Assembly: GCA_963819815.1 (NCBI GenBank)
Contig: CAWFXL010000001.1
Coordinates: 1,280,001-1,344,000 of the forward strand
Reading direction: 5' to 3'
DNA length: 64,000 nt
Source: an uncultured bacterium
GTDB taxonomy: Bacteria > Babelota > Babeliae > Babelales > Babelaceae
Shown: piece by piece, positions 10,731-20,989 of the stretch
Layout: each line of letters starts with the position of its first letter
Numbering within the stretch: the first letter of the stretch is position 1
Notes under the pieces: generated by a model
What the model saw: the letters and a program-made list of their open reading frames with translations, nothing else
What the model was told of the DNA's origin: nothing
Databases searched by the model: none
Position numbers and translations under genes: made by a program

Positions 10731-10761
10731 CAATGGGTACCTGATTAAAAGGTACCCATTG
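10731..10761. terminator. 12-bp hairpin downstream of paralog 10767-11336
   Basis: caatgggtacct-N7-aggtacccattg. Confidence 0.6.
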
Positions 10762-10766
10762 TGATG

Positions 10767-11336
10767 TCAGCTTAACCTAATAGTTATAGGTGATACCAAT
10801 GCTGCAAAACTCAAGAGTCCAAAGATGGCCAAAGGCAGCACCACCAAAGGAACCATAGTTTGCATCAAACTAAGGCAACCATTTCTATTAGACGACCCGA
10901 GTTGTAATATTCTATTTGCCTCAGTCTCTTGATCATCCGTTAGAGGAAGCCCTGCCCGTACGCTCCTAGCAACTCTCGTTAGCCTGTTGAATTCCATTGC
11001 GTCCTCCTCGTCATTGAGCTTGGAGTTGTCGGTGATTGAGAGTTGATATAAACCTGTAAGATCTTCAAGTACAGCATCAAGAAGATGGTTTGGCGCAACA
11101 TCGCTGCGAAGAAGAGAGGCGAGTAAAATATTTGCCTCAGCCAATCGAATAGCTACAGGTACTGTATCTCTCGTTTCCAACCAAGCTTGTCGAGTCTCTT
11201 TGCTGTAATTTGCATAACTTGCGAATCTGGCGGCAGGGACTTGTTTAACCGTTTGACGTCTCTTAGTAGCCGATTCCGAGCCGAAAATACTTGAGCTCCC
11301 TAGGAGCACCGTAGCTATAATAAGATGTTTCTTCAT
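10767..11336 (-). CDS. Tandem-family secreted/membrane protein
   Basis: MKKHLIIATVLLGSSSIFGSE; C-terminal TM. Confidence 0.8.
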   Translation of the reverse strand: MKKHLIIATVLLGSSSIFGSESATKRRQTVKQVPAARFASYANYSKETRQAWLETRDTVPVAIRLAEANILLASLLRSDVAPNHLLDAVLEDLTGLYQLSITDNSKLNDEEDAMEFNRLTRVARSVRAGLPLTDDQETEANRILQLGSSNRNGCLSLMQTMVPLVVLPLAIFGLLSFAALVSPITIRLS

Positions 11337-11974
11337 AACTAATCCTTCATGTAGAATGTTTTCTTTTTGAACTAACCATTGCAAGCATAATAATACTATC
11401 TGAAAGTGTCAAAATCTTTATTTGCGACAGTCATTCAATCGTCTGTTGCCTGCATTTGATCGGTGTTTTTATTAAAGGCAAGCCCCCTTCGTCTTGGCTA
11501 GAAAATTCAGGAAATCTTTGAAAGAAGAAATTAATAATTACTGTAGACCTCTCCAAATCCCGCCAATTTTCATAAGTAAACCTTCCCAGTTTTCAATTGA
11601 TTTCTATATATTTCCAAATATAGCCAAGTATAATAATTCTATCTGAGGTGGCCAATTTTTTTTAATAATTACCACAGGCTTGACCTGGTGGTTGCATGTG
11701 GCTTATGTATCCATCTGATCGGAATTTGCATGAAAATGAGGAGGTGGGCTTTTCGTAGTTTTTCCTTGACGACAGGTCATTCGTAACCAGCAGTTCTTAA
11801 ATCTTAGTATACTTTTTTGTAATTTTCTGTATCCTGAAAATGTGTATAGTCTCTCAGGCATTCTCAGTTCACTTTGCGATACATCGATCAAAAAGAACAT
11901 TCTGGGGGATTTCCCACGTATAATGCTCCGTGATACTCGTATTGTGAAATATAAATGAGCTTGTCCTCTTTACT

Positions 11975-13630
11975 ATGGATGTTATGCCGAATACTTTTAA
12001 AGAATTACCCTTAGCTGCTCCTATTCAGCAAATATTAGATGATCTAGGATTTACCGAACCAACAGATATACAGAAAAAAGCGCTTCCGGTGCTCATGGAG
12101 TCTAAAAAGATAGATTTCCATGGTCAAGCGCAGACGGGGACCGGGAAAACGCTTGCCTTTGGCCTTCCTTTGCTTCATCGTATTGATGTGGCCAAGAAGG
12201 TTCCCCAGGCACTTATTGTGGCTCCTACTCGTGAGCTTGCCGTCCAAATAAAGGAAAGTATTGCCCCTTTTGCACGAGCTATGGATATTCGTCTTGAAGC
12301 CATTTACGGTGGTGTTTCTATGGAAGCACAAACGCAAGCATTACGACGAGGATGCCATATTGTCGTAGGGACTCCTGGACGTCTAAATGACCATCTGAGA
12401 CGAGGAATCCTTAAAATCAGCACCGTACGTACGCTGGTCCTCGATGAAGCAGATATTATGCTTGATATGGGGTTTAAAGAGGAAGTAGATGAAATTTTAA
12501 GCTACGCTCCTTCTGATCGTGAGATATGGCTGTTTTCAGCTACTATTAAATCCGGTATCGCAACGATTATGAAGACTCACATGCGAGATCCTATTACGGT
12601 CAAAGTGGGTAAAAAGCAAGCAACAGTTCCCTTAACAAAGCAATACTTTTGCATGGTGCCAAGTAGGACCCGATTACAGGTACTGAGCAGGTTTATAGAA
12701 TGCGCGACAGACTTCTATGGCTTTATTTTCTGCCAAACAAAGATTCTTACAAGTGAAGTTGCAGAAAAGCTTATTAAACTTGGATACAATGTAGGCGCCT
12801 TACATGGAGATATGAGCCAGTTACAACGTAATCTGGTTATCAAAAAGTTTAAGAATAAAGAGATTACCATTCTTGTTGCAACCGACGTTGCAGCCCGTGG
12901 AATCGATGTTGCAAATCTTACGCACGTGATAAACTATTCCTTGCCTGAAGATCATGAAAGCTATATTCATAGAGTAGGGCGAACGGGACGTGCCGGAAAA
13001 GATGGTATCGCTATTACGTTGCTCTCAAAGACTGAGCTTCGTTCAATTCAACATATTCAACAAAAGTTTCAGATATCAATAGAACCTCTTGATGTGCCTG
13101 ATCGGGAAACCATTGTTAAAGCGCGACTTGAAGAAACTTCAAGATATCTTGCAAAAATCAGTGAGCACGTTTCTCCTGAAACGATGAGCAGCTCGGACCA
13201 TCAACTTGAGAAGTTGGTCAGTGAACTTTCTCCTGATGAGCAACGTGTAGTACTTGTAAGAGTTCTCCATGATAAATTCCTTAGTTCACTCGGTAATGAT
13301 GATGTGAACTTTACCCCCTCAAGTAAAGTATCTATGCCTGATGATCTTCAAGAGCTCTTTATGAATGTGGGTACAGACGATGGAGTAACTCGTGATCAGA
13401 TACTTTCGTGTCTTACCGGAACTGGATTAGTTCAGGCAGATCAGATCATGAAAATACGTGTCATTAATCGACGCACCTTTGTTCAGCTACCGGCTTCATG
13501 TATGAGACCGCTTATCAATGCCTTACGTGATGTTGTTCTTGGAGGTAGAAGAGTTCGTGCAAGTGTTATTGAAGAAGAACAAAGTCATATGCGTCCGCGA
13601 AGACGTCATCCAGGTAAGCGAAATTATTGA
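11975..13630 (+). CDS. DEAD-box RNA helicase (DeaD/CshA-like) with C-terminal DbpA-type RNA-binding domain
   Basis: AQTGTGKT, PTRELA, DEAD, SAT, HRVGRTGRAG. Confidence 0.95.
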   Translation: MDVMPNTFKELPLAAPIQQILDDLGFTEPTDIQKKALPVLMESKKIDFHGQAQTGTGKTLAFGLPLLHRIDVAKKVPQALIVAPTRELAVQIKESIAPFARAMDIRLEAIYGGVSMEAQTQALRRGCHIVVGTPGRLNDHLRRGILKISTVRTLVLDEADIMLDMGFKEEVDEILSYAPSDREIWLFSATIKSGIATIMKTHMRDPITVKVGKKQATVPLTKQYFCMVPSRTRLQVLSRFIECATDFYGFIFCQTKILTSEVAEKLIKLGYNVGALHGDMSQLQRNLVIKKFKNKEITILVATDVAARGIDVANLTHVINYSLPEDHESYIHRVGRTGRAGKDGIAITLLSKTELRSIQHIQQKFQISIEPLDVPDRETIVKARLEETSRYLAKISEHVSPETMSSSDHQLEKLVSELSPDEQRVVLVRVLHDKFLSSLGNDDVNFTPSSKVSMPDDLQELFMNVGTDDGVTRDQILSCLTGTGLVQADQIMKIRVINRRTFVQLPASCMRPLINALRDVVLGGRRVRASVIEEEQSHMRPRRRHPGKRNY

Positions 13631-14421
13631 GTGAGTGGAGCAGTATGATCACGACATATCTTGAATGTCTGGGACTCGCTTTAGGTCTTATGGGATGTGC
13701 CTTCTTGGTTTCTTTGCTTACTCGTACAAATACCGTGGTCGATATATTTTGGGGCCTTGGGTTTATTGCCATCACCTGGTATTCACTGATCGCTAACGGT
13801 TTATATCTTCCTCGACATTTTCTCGTAACAGTACTCGTTACTCTGTGGGGACTTCGTTTGTCAGGCTATATACTCTACAGAAACTGGGGTAAAGGTGAAG
13901 ATCCTCGCTATACTGCACTTGCAAAACAGTGGGGTCCTTGGGTGTATCTACAGAGTTTTTTGCGGATATTTATGCTCCAGGGAATACTCCTATGGCTTAT
14001 CTCATTCTCGATTATTGCCATTATGACCAATTCAACCGCGGGATCATTTAGTTTTCGTGATTTTGTTGCGGTTTTATTATGGTGTATCGGTTTTGCTTGT
14101 GAAGTTATTGGTGATTGGCAACTGCAGCGATTCCTCAGGGATCCACTTCATAAGGACCACATTATGGATAGAGGTATATGGCGTCTTACGCGCCATCCTA
14201 ACTATTTTGGGGAGCTTGTTATGTGGTGGTCGATGTGGTTACTTGCTTTGCCCGTAGGATATGCAGCACTTACGATTATAAGTCCTCTTACTATAACGGC
14301 TATCATTCTTTTCTTTTCACTGCCGATTACCGAGAAGCAGCTGGCAACAAATCCCGAGTATGAAGCATACAAAAAACGAACGAATGCTCTGCTTCCATGG
14401 ACGCCAAAGAGATTACTCTAA
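13627..14421 (+). CDS. DUF1295 / steroid 5-alpha reductase-like membrane protein
   Basis: VDIFWG, GEDPRY, DWQL, RHPNYFGE. Confidence 0.9.
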   Translation: MSEWSSMITTYLECLGLALGLMGCAFLVSLLTRTNTVVDIFWGLGFIAITWYSLIANGLYLPRHFLVTVLVTLWGLRLSGYILYRNWGKGEDPRYTALAKQWGPWVYLQSFLRIFMLQGILLWLISFSIIAIMTNSTAGSFSFRDFVAVLLWCIGFACEVIGDWQLQRFLRDPLHKDHIMDRGIWRLTRHPNYFGELVMWWSMWLLALPVGYAALTIISPLTITAIILFFSLPITEKQLATNPEYEAYKKRTNALLPWTPKRLL

Positions 14422-14436
14422 GCGATCTCCAATAAA

Positions 14437-15060
14437 CTACCGCTGTTTAAGAACCTTCAAGACGTGCTGGCTCCAGTCTTCCATGAGTGGGTAAAAAGTT
14501 TCACACTCTTTGAGTGAATACAAGAAACCACTTTTCAATTCTGACCGTATTGAGATATTTTCTGAAGTACCTTCTATAAGAAGCACTAGTCCTAAATGAA
14601 CTTTGCCTACAGCGTTGCAATCATCATTTAAGATTCCTAGTGGTTTGACAGTATAGGTGCCTTCATAGTTCACTTCCTCATTAAATTCTCGTTGAGCCCA
14701 GCCCATAATATCGGTAGCGGAGAGATCTTCTTTGCGTACATGCCCGCCAATGCCGAGGGAGTACTTGTTTTTAAGGCGCTGTTCGGATGCATGAGCTTGG
14801 CGCTGCATGAGGAAATACCTGCCCCCATGAGTGAAGACTAGATAGGGAATAATCTGCTTGTAGGTAAGATCGGTCTCCATAAGGGAGCGAGGATGAAATT
14901 CTTGGTGTTGCGTAATCACTTGAAGAAGGTCATCAAAAGATGAAGCAGTAAGTCCGTGCCAGGCAGGTCGATTTTCAAAGAGTTTGTCTCGTTTTACGAC
15001 GAGAATAAGCTCATCAGGGGTTGCAAAAGGTGTTGTTGGTTGTTGCGATTGTTGTTGCAT
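14437..15060 (-). CDS. NUDIX-family phosphoesterase (COG4112-like)
   Basis: KQIIPY, SLGIGGH, REFNEEV, VGKVHLG. Confidence 0.85.
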   Translation of the reverse strand: MQQQSQQPTTPFATPDELILVVKRDKLFENRPAWHGLTASSFDDLLQVITQHQEFHPRSLMETDLTYKQIIPYLVFTHGGRYFLMQRQAHASEQRLKNKYSLGIGGHVRKEDLSATDIMGWAQREFNEEVNYEGTYTVKPLGILNDDCNAVGKVHLGLVLLIEGTSENISIRSELKSGFLYSLKECETFYPLMEDWSQHVLKVLKQR

Positions 15061-15275
15061 AAGAAACTCCTTGAGAAAACTGAGATGCTTTTTAGCATAG
15101 CTTGATCTTCAAGAAAAGATAGGATTTCCATGCTGCAGCGAGTGTGCCCATTAAACTTATACCATTCGTATCCAGTAAGCGAGTCGGAAAGATTTCCTTT
15201 TTTGTATCGGAACTTGCCTCACTAAGAATGCTTCTTTAAAGATATGTCGTACCAATGCTTATCGCTTTGTTACTG

Positions 15276-15935
15276 TTAGGGAAATTCCTTAATACCTAGC
15301 GTTTGCCAATCATGGTCAAAAAGTGCCATGCCCTTAGTTGTGAGCGGATGATCAAGCATTTTTTGAAATATGTTAACCGGTATGGTCGCGCAGTGAGCGC
15401 CTGCTAGAGCCACTTCATGAATATGTAAGGTGGATCGCAGTGAGGCTGCGAGTATCTGTGTTTCATAAGAATAAGTATCTACTATCTGCCTCAAATCATG
15501 AATCAGTTCAATACCATCAGAATCGATATCTTCTAACCTTCCGATAAAAGGGGAGATATATTTTACCTGCAACTTTGCCATGCATAAGCCCTGTACTGCA
15601 GAGAAAAGAAGAGTAATATTTAACGGTACTCCTTCATGTACAAGTTTGTTAATGAGTGGGAGATACTCAGGAGAGCACGGAACTTTTACCACAATATTAG
15701 GTGCTAACGCTGCAATTTCATGAGCTTGGGTATAGATAGCGTGTGGATCCTTTTCTGTAATTTCGACACTGACATCGCACGGAGAGAGTAGGGAGGCAAT
15801 TTTTTTGATGAGTTCACTAATATTACCCCCTTCTTTACTTAGATGGGTAGGATTTGTGGTGACGCCATCAAGGAGGCCCGTCTCTTTTGCCTCTGCCAGA
15901 GCCTTATAGTTTGCAGTATCTAGGAAAAACTTCAT
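15276..15935 (-). CDS. tal: Transaldolase / fructose-6-phosphate aldolase family
   Basis: FFLDTAN, GVTTNP, VVKVP, ISPFIGR, HPLT. Confidence 0.92.
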   Translation of the reverse strand: MKFFLDTANYKALAEAKETGLLDGVTTNPTHLSKEGGNISELIKKIASLLSPCDVSVEITEKDPHAIYTQAHEIAALAPNIVVKVPCSPEYLPLINKLVHEGVPLNITLLFSAVQGLCMAKLQVKYISPFIGRLEDIDSDGIELIHDLRQIVDTYSYETQILAASLRSTLHIHEVALAGAHCATIPVNIFQKMLDHPLTTKGMALFDHDWQTLGIKEFP

Positions 15936-16032
15936 GGTGCATCTCTTGGTATTTGTGTACCTTTACGCTACCACAAAGACTTTTGAGCATGCAACAGTTT
16001 GGCTACTTTTCTGTAGCTTTACCGCCAGAGAT

Positions 16033-18477
16033 TTATTTTTTCAGCATAAAGTTAATCGTTCTATCGGGTACAAATATGATACGATCAATCTCTGCAGTCT
16101 CAAGCCATTTTGCGATCGCATGTCGAGCTTCATGCTCAATATCATTTTGACTTGATCCTTTTGGTACGCTGATCGTTGCACGATGTTTCGCATTAACTTG
16201 TACAGAAATATTTGTGGTAGTAGTGGCAGTGATCTTTGGATCATGGCTTGGCCATGCGCACTCTTCAATTTTCTTGCCAAGAAGTACCTCTAAAAGTTCA
16301 CTTGCCATGTGCGGTGCCATCGAAGAAAGAAGTGTTGCAATGATCTCAATGCTCTTTCTGCTAAACTTCATCTGCTTATCAGTTGCATCATGGGAGAATT
16401 CCATAAATGCAGATATTGCCGTATTCGGTTTATACCGATCAACGCGCTCTTGGAAATCTTTAATAAGCAGGTGAACTCGTTGAGTTGTGTTAATATCTTC
16501 TTGTTGCTTGTCTGAAAGAACAACGCCTTCGGTGGTAAGGTAGTTCCACAACCTATTTAAGAAGCGCTTAATACCCTCAAGTCCAGTGTCTTGCCATTCA
16601 CAATCAAGCTCAGGAGGTCCCATGAAAAGGATATAGAGGCGAAGAACATCAGAACCGTATTGTTGTACGATCTCATCGGGATTAACTACATTGCCCTTAG
16701 ATTTAGACATTTTTTCAACATGCCCGGAGAGCTCTGAATATCTGTTAACCATGCCCTGGTTAAAAAGGTGAGTAAAGGGCTCATCAAAGGGAAGGAAGCC
16801 AAGGTCATAGAGTACTTTGACATAAAAGCGTGCATATAATAAGTGCAAAATCGCATGCTCTACACCGCCAACATACAGGTCTACGGGTAACCAATACTCC
16901 ATATCTTTCTCATCAAAAGGCTTTGATGAAAGATCTGGATGTGGGTACCTTAAAAAATACCAGCAGGATCCCGCCCACTGAGGCATCGTATTAGTTTCTC
17001 GTTTTGCAGAGCCTTTACATTGAGGGCAGGTAACGTTGACCCACTCTTTAATTGCGGCAAGTGGAGATTCACCAGTTCCTGTCGGTTTATAGTTTTCCAC
17101 ATAGGGAAGCTCAACGGGAAGATCAGCCTCAGGTACCGGTACGATACCACAGCATATGCAATGAATAAGTGGTATAGGTTCGCCCCAATAGCGCTGGCGA
17201 GAGAATATCCAATCTCGTAATTTATAAGCAGTTGTACGCGATCCAAGATTGTTTTGCTCTAAATACTCGATCACTGCCTGTTTAGCTTGGGTGTGAAGCT
17301 CAAGACCACTAAATGTACCACTATGTATAAGTGTTCCATCACCCTCATAGGCTTCTTTAGAAATGCCTTCCTTAGGCATCGAGGGAGAGGTCACTACTTG
17401 TACGATCGGAATATCATAGAGCTTCGCAAACTCAAAGTCACGGGCATCATGTCCCGGTACACCCATCACCATTCCCGTACCATACTCCTTAAGAACGTAG
17501 TTAGCAAGAAAGAGGGGAATCGGTTTGTTAGTAAGAGGATTGATAGCATAGGTACCCGCAAAGAATCCAGTTTTTTGTGCCATATTTGCAAGGCGGTCGG
17601 TACCGGTCATTGAGATAAACTGTTCCTGATACTCAGTTGCTAACTTCAAACGGTCGGGAGTAACAAGCCTCAGGGCAAGATCATGGTCAGGAGCAATCAC
17701 AAGAAACGTTACCCCACATATGGTACCTGGCGTAGTCGTATAGATCGGAAGCTCTACGATGTCATCACCGACCTGTGCTTTAAATAGAATTTGAGCACCT
17801 TCACTTTTACCGATCCAGTTTTTTTGCATGAGCTTTACTTTTTCAGGCCAATCAAGACGATCAAGGCCTTCAAGTAACTTTTCTGCATAGTCGGTGATCT
17901 TAAGTACCCATTGTCGAACATTGCGTTGCTCAATTTTTGAGCCGCACCGATCACAGGTTCCATCTACCACCTCTTCATTTGCAAGACCGGTAAGACAAGA
18001 AGTACACCAGTTAATAGGCATGACCGCTTCATACGCTAATCCGGCCTTAAACATTTGAAGGAATATCCATTGTGTCCATTTATAATAGGAAGGATCGGTC
18101 GTATTGAGTTCTTTAGACCAGTCATAGATAGCAGCAACTTCTTTAAGCTGCTCTTTAAAGTGAGCAATATTTTCAGCGGTGCTTACTGCTGGATTGAGTC
18201 CTTTTTTAATCGCATCATTTTCAGCAGGCAATCCAAATGCATCCCACCCCATAGGATGAAGTACATTATAGCCTTGAAGCCATTTAATACGAGCATATAC
18301 ATCTGAGAGCACATAGCCTCGCCAATGGCCTACGTGCAACCCTGATCCTGAAGGATAGGGGAACATATCAAGACAATAATATTTTTTGCCCGAGCCAGCT
18401 TGTTTGCTTTGTGCTATCGGGTGAGTAGCCCAGATTTTTTGCCACTTTTTTTCTATATCTTGTACTTTGTACTGCAT
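16033..18477 (-). CDS. leuS: Leucine--tRNA ligase (start may be 18507)
   Basis: [30 protein letters not shown]. Confidence 0.97.
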   Translation of the reverse strand: MQYKVQDIEKKWQKIWATHPIAQSKQAGSGKKYYCLDMFPYPSGSGLHVGHWRGYVLSDVYARIKWLQGYNVLHPMGWDAFGLPAENDAIKKGLNPAVSTAENIAHFKEQLKEVAAIYDWSKELNTTDPSYYKWTQWIFLQMFKAGLAYEAVMPINWCTSCLTGLANEEVVDGTCDRCGSKIEQRNVRQWVLKITDYAEKLLEGLDRLDWPEKVKLMQKNWIGKSEGAQILFKAQVGDDIVELPIYTTTPGTICGVTFLVIAPDHDLALRLVTPDRLKLATEYQEQFISMTGTDRLANMAQKTGFFAGTYAINPLTNKPIPLFLANYVLKEYGTGMVMGVPGHDARDFEFAKLYDIPIVQVVTSPSMPKEGISKEAYEGDGTLIHSGTFSGLELHTQAKQAVIEYLEQNNLGSRTTAYKLRDWIFSRQRYWGEPIPLIHCICCGIVPVPEADLPVELPYVENYKPTGTGESPLAAIKEWVNVTCPQCKGSAKRETNTMPQWAGSCWYFLRYPHPDLSSKPFDEKDMEYWLPVDLYVGGVEHAILHLLYARFYVKVLYDLGFLPFDEPFTHLFNQGMVNRYSELSGHVEKMSKSKGNVVNPDEIVQQYGSDVLRLYILFMGPPELDCEWQDTGLEGIKRFLNRLWNYLTTEGVVLSDKQQEDINTTQRVHLLIKDFQERVDRYKPNTAISAFMEFSHDATDKQMKFSRKSIEIIATLLSSMAPHMASELLEVLLGKKIEECAWPSHDPKITATTTTNISVQVNAKHRATISVPKGSSQNDIEHEARHAIAKWLETAEIDRIIFVPDRTINFMLKK

Positions 18478-18493
18478 ATGTATTCCTAGTGCA

Positions 18494-19219
18494 TTACGTA
18501 ATATCATAACTGATACGTACGTGCCCGCTTTTGTTTCTCAGTTTCACAATGGTTAGTGTACCAATATCTGTAGTTTTTGCATGCGTACCTCCGCAGGGGA
18601 TGGGATAGTACCCTTCTATGATCATCGCTCGTGCCTGTTGGCCCTGAGCTACAGTTTCAGGAACATATCCAGCTAAGCTCTTGAGTTCTTCGTAGCCCAT
18701 CATTTTGATGGTCACCGGAAGTCTTTGTTGTACGAGTCGGTTTACTTCGTCTTGAAGGTGCTTTTGCAGTGTTGCACGCTCTTCTTCGCTAAGAGTTCCT
18801 GCGTACTCACAGTAGGCTCCTTCTTGAAAGTGGTAACCACGAGTCGCTGGAAAGCCAAAACCACAGTTTCGTAGAGCGATATCGATGATATGGCCTGCCG
18901 TATGATTCCTGCTATTGAATTCGCGACGTACCTTATCGAGTGCTAGTAATACTTGGTCATGAGGTGCACAGGTTCCCGAGATCGATCCGCTATGGGATAC
19001 GATGCCATCGGCGAATCTTACCTCTTTCACGCTGATTATTCCGCTTGGCCCGGTGATGGTACCTTGATCATACGGTTGGCCGCCCCCTTGAGGATAAAAA
19101 ATCGTCGAATCAAGGATAACAGAGCAGCTCCCATCTGGCTGGGCAATAACGTCAAGGACGGTTGCTGTATCCTGAAGAAGCTCCCCGTGATCTAAATAGC
19201 GTAAGATGGTTGGTTTCAT
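18494..19219 (-). CDS. alaX: AlaX-type trans-editing protein
   Basis: [23 protein letters not shown]. Confidence 0.9.
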   Translation of the reverse strand: MKPTILRYLDHGELLQDTATVLDVIAQPDGSCSVILDSTIFYPQGGGQPYDQGTITGPSGIISVKEVRFADGIVSHSGSISGTCAPHDQVLLALDKVRREFNSRNHTAGHIIDIALRNCGFGFPATRGYHFQEGAYCEYAGTLSEEERATLQKHLQDEVNRLVQQRLPVTIKMMGYEELKSLAGYVPETVAQGQQARAMIIEGYYPIPCGGTHAKTTDIGTLTIVKLRNKSGHVRISYDIT

Positions 19220-19231
19220 CGTTCTTCCTTC

Positions 19232-19657
19232 TTACCGATATAATGATAGTCGCTTGGTTAAAGGGTCGATCATCTCTTTTTTTCCAAAGAGTGCAACTGC
19301 ATAATACACATGTTCTGTAGTGGCTTTAGTGCGCTCAAGTTGTTCGGCATAGGTTCCACCGGTCATTGTTTCTATAAAGTCAGCATGCAAAAGGCCGTGC
19401 TCCTTGGCTGCTGATACTAACTTAGTTAAGTCGCCTTGAGAGCCGCGAAGCACGATTAAAGATAGCCCGGAGATGGATGGAAGCACAGTGTTGTTGGCAT
19501 CAATAAAGGGAATAAAGCTCATAAACTTCTTCTGTTCTTCAGTTGCTTGGGCTGCGATGCTTAAGGCAACATGGGAAGCTGCGTTAAGTGCAACTCCAAT
19601 ATCAATTGTTTTATTAATAGCTATGACAAATTTATAGTCACTATATACGTTAACCAT
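19232..19657 (-). CDS. DUF2000 (PTH2-like fold) protein
   Basis: GVALNAASH and VALFGKKEMIDPLTKRLSLY pattern. Confidence 0.8.
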   Translation of the reverse strand: MVNVYSDYKFVIAINKTIDIGVALNAASHVALSIAAQATEEQKKFMSFIPFIDANNTVLPSISGLSLIVLRGSQGDLTKLVSAAKEHGLLHADFIETMTGGTYAEQLERTKATTEHVYYAVALFGKKEMIDPLTKRLSLYR

Positions 19658-19728
19658 GAATAACCCCTTAGGAAGGTGTTGAGATCTGTGTTATAAACAA
19701 AAAAATGAGGGTGAATACGTAGAAATAG

Positions 19729-19812
19729 TTAGGCCGGGTGGCCCAGGAGGAGGAACAGAACTGAATGGTGAGTGGTAAGACTTTGATATCCTACGCTAGT
19801 ATTAATGTTCAT
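19729..19812 (-). CDS. Putative 27-aa leader peptide MNINTSVGYQSLTTHHSVLFLLLGHPA
   Basis: uORF ahead of DUF2000-alaX-leuS, translated by hand. Confidence 0.5.
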   Translation of the reverse strand: MNINTSVGYQSLTTHHSVLFLLLGHPA

Positions 19813-19956
19813 ATAAGAAAGGATATCAGATTTTGCTTTGCAAAACAAGTGCAGAAATAACATGATATGTTTGCATGGTGAGAGAATCTCTGTTAACGGC
19901 TTCTGGGAGTTTGTTCATGATAGATGGTTAGGTGATTATATCGATCATGTTTGTAG

Positions 19957-20814
19957 TTAGTCGAAATCAGTTGGTGGGTATTCACCAACTACGAGCCATT
20001 CAAGCATGCCTCGGCTGTGAAGTAAGGCAGTATAAGCTTTCTCAACAAGGATCAAGACCCGCATAGCATACTTTTTATTACTATCACCTTCTATGTTTTC
20101 TGGATCCCATTGGGTTAAAAGATCTATATACGCTCTTTGAATGTCTGCTTGCGTATACTGTTTATCAAGTCCTAATATATACCTGAAGACGTCTTCGGCC
20201 GTTGTGGCGCTCTGAAAGGTACGAGCAGGAACAAGTACTTTACGTATCTGATCATCAGTAAGTCTTAAAAGCTCGTCTACTAGTAAGCTATTCTGCAAAT
20301 TCCAGTAGCGTAGTCGACCAAAAGCGGCGAGCGGATTGCCTGATGTCATTATTGCGTTATATGCCTTAACAGTTTTTTCAGGGAGCTTGTTTGAAAACTC
20401 AAATATTAGTTCACTGGGCCCAAGTAACCTTTGCCTTGCAGAGATCGTGATAACTAATGGATCTGTATCGGACTGCTTTACCTCTTCCCATTTACTGCGA
20501 AGCATTTCAGGGAGTAATTCTCCGTTTTTGACGCTATATCCCATGATTTGTCCATAGCCAGAAAAAGTAATGGCACTTCCTAGTAGGAATATATCTTTAG
20601 AACCTATGTATGCAATATCCCCAGGGCTAATAATGCGGGATATTTCCCCAGATCGATGAGCATGATACGTAACCTTTAGGGGTATGCTGACATAGGTACC
20701 AATTAAATCGTTATGAATTATTACTTGAGATTTTGGATGCTCCTCCATCCCATGTAATGAGAACAAGCTTCCTGTAATAAACATGGTATGAAGAGAGATT
20801 CGTAGAAAGCCCAT
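19957..20814 (-). CDS. Secreted protein with one J-domain-like module (HPD to DPE)
   Basis: YILGL..ADIQRAY..L..QWDPEN..VEKAY; signal peptide. Confidence 0.75.
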   Translation of the reverse strand: MGFLRISLHTMFITGSLFSLHGMEEHPKSQVIIHNDLIGTYVSIPLKVTYHAHRSGEISRIISPGDIAYIGSKDIFLLGSAITFSGYGQIMGYSVKNGELLPEMLRSKWEEVKQSDTDPLVITISARQRLLGPSELIFEFSNKLPEKTVKAYNAIMTSGNPLAAFGRLRYWNLQNSLLVDELLRLTDDQIRKVLVPARTFQSATTAEDVFRYILGLDKQYTQADIQRAYIDLLTQWDPENIEGDSNKKYAMRVLILVEKAYTALLHSRGMLEWLVVGEYPPTDFD

Positions 20815-20989
20815 ACGTGCTCCAAAGTCATTTTTTTATAAATTATTCTATATGTAATAATGATAAAAAACTTTATGAATAAAAGTCAAGGGTTGACGGG
20901 CTCTTTACTCTCAGATTGAAATGTTCCGCATAGACAATTTGAGGTATCTCATACGAGGGACTTAGTACCTCGATAAGAGCGAGCTTTGA

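Larger units (their letters stand above)
10130..11541. repeat. Tandem duplication with ~825-bp offset (approx 10130-10713 vs 10955-11541)
   Basis: Coding and upstream DNA align; 10306-10399 is identical to 11131-11224. Confidence 0.85.

Noticed and set aside
9700..10761. Hairpins between array genes as integron attC sites or CRISPR repeats
   Set aside because: No convincing RYYYAAC/GTTRRRY boxes, no integrase or cas genes, and no regular repeat-spacer period.
19660..19850. T-box riboswitch upstream of the leuS operon
   Set aside because: No UGGNACC T-box sequence or stem I motifs on the coding strand.
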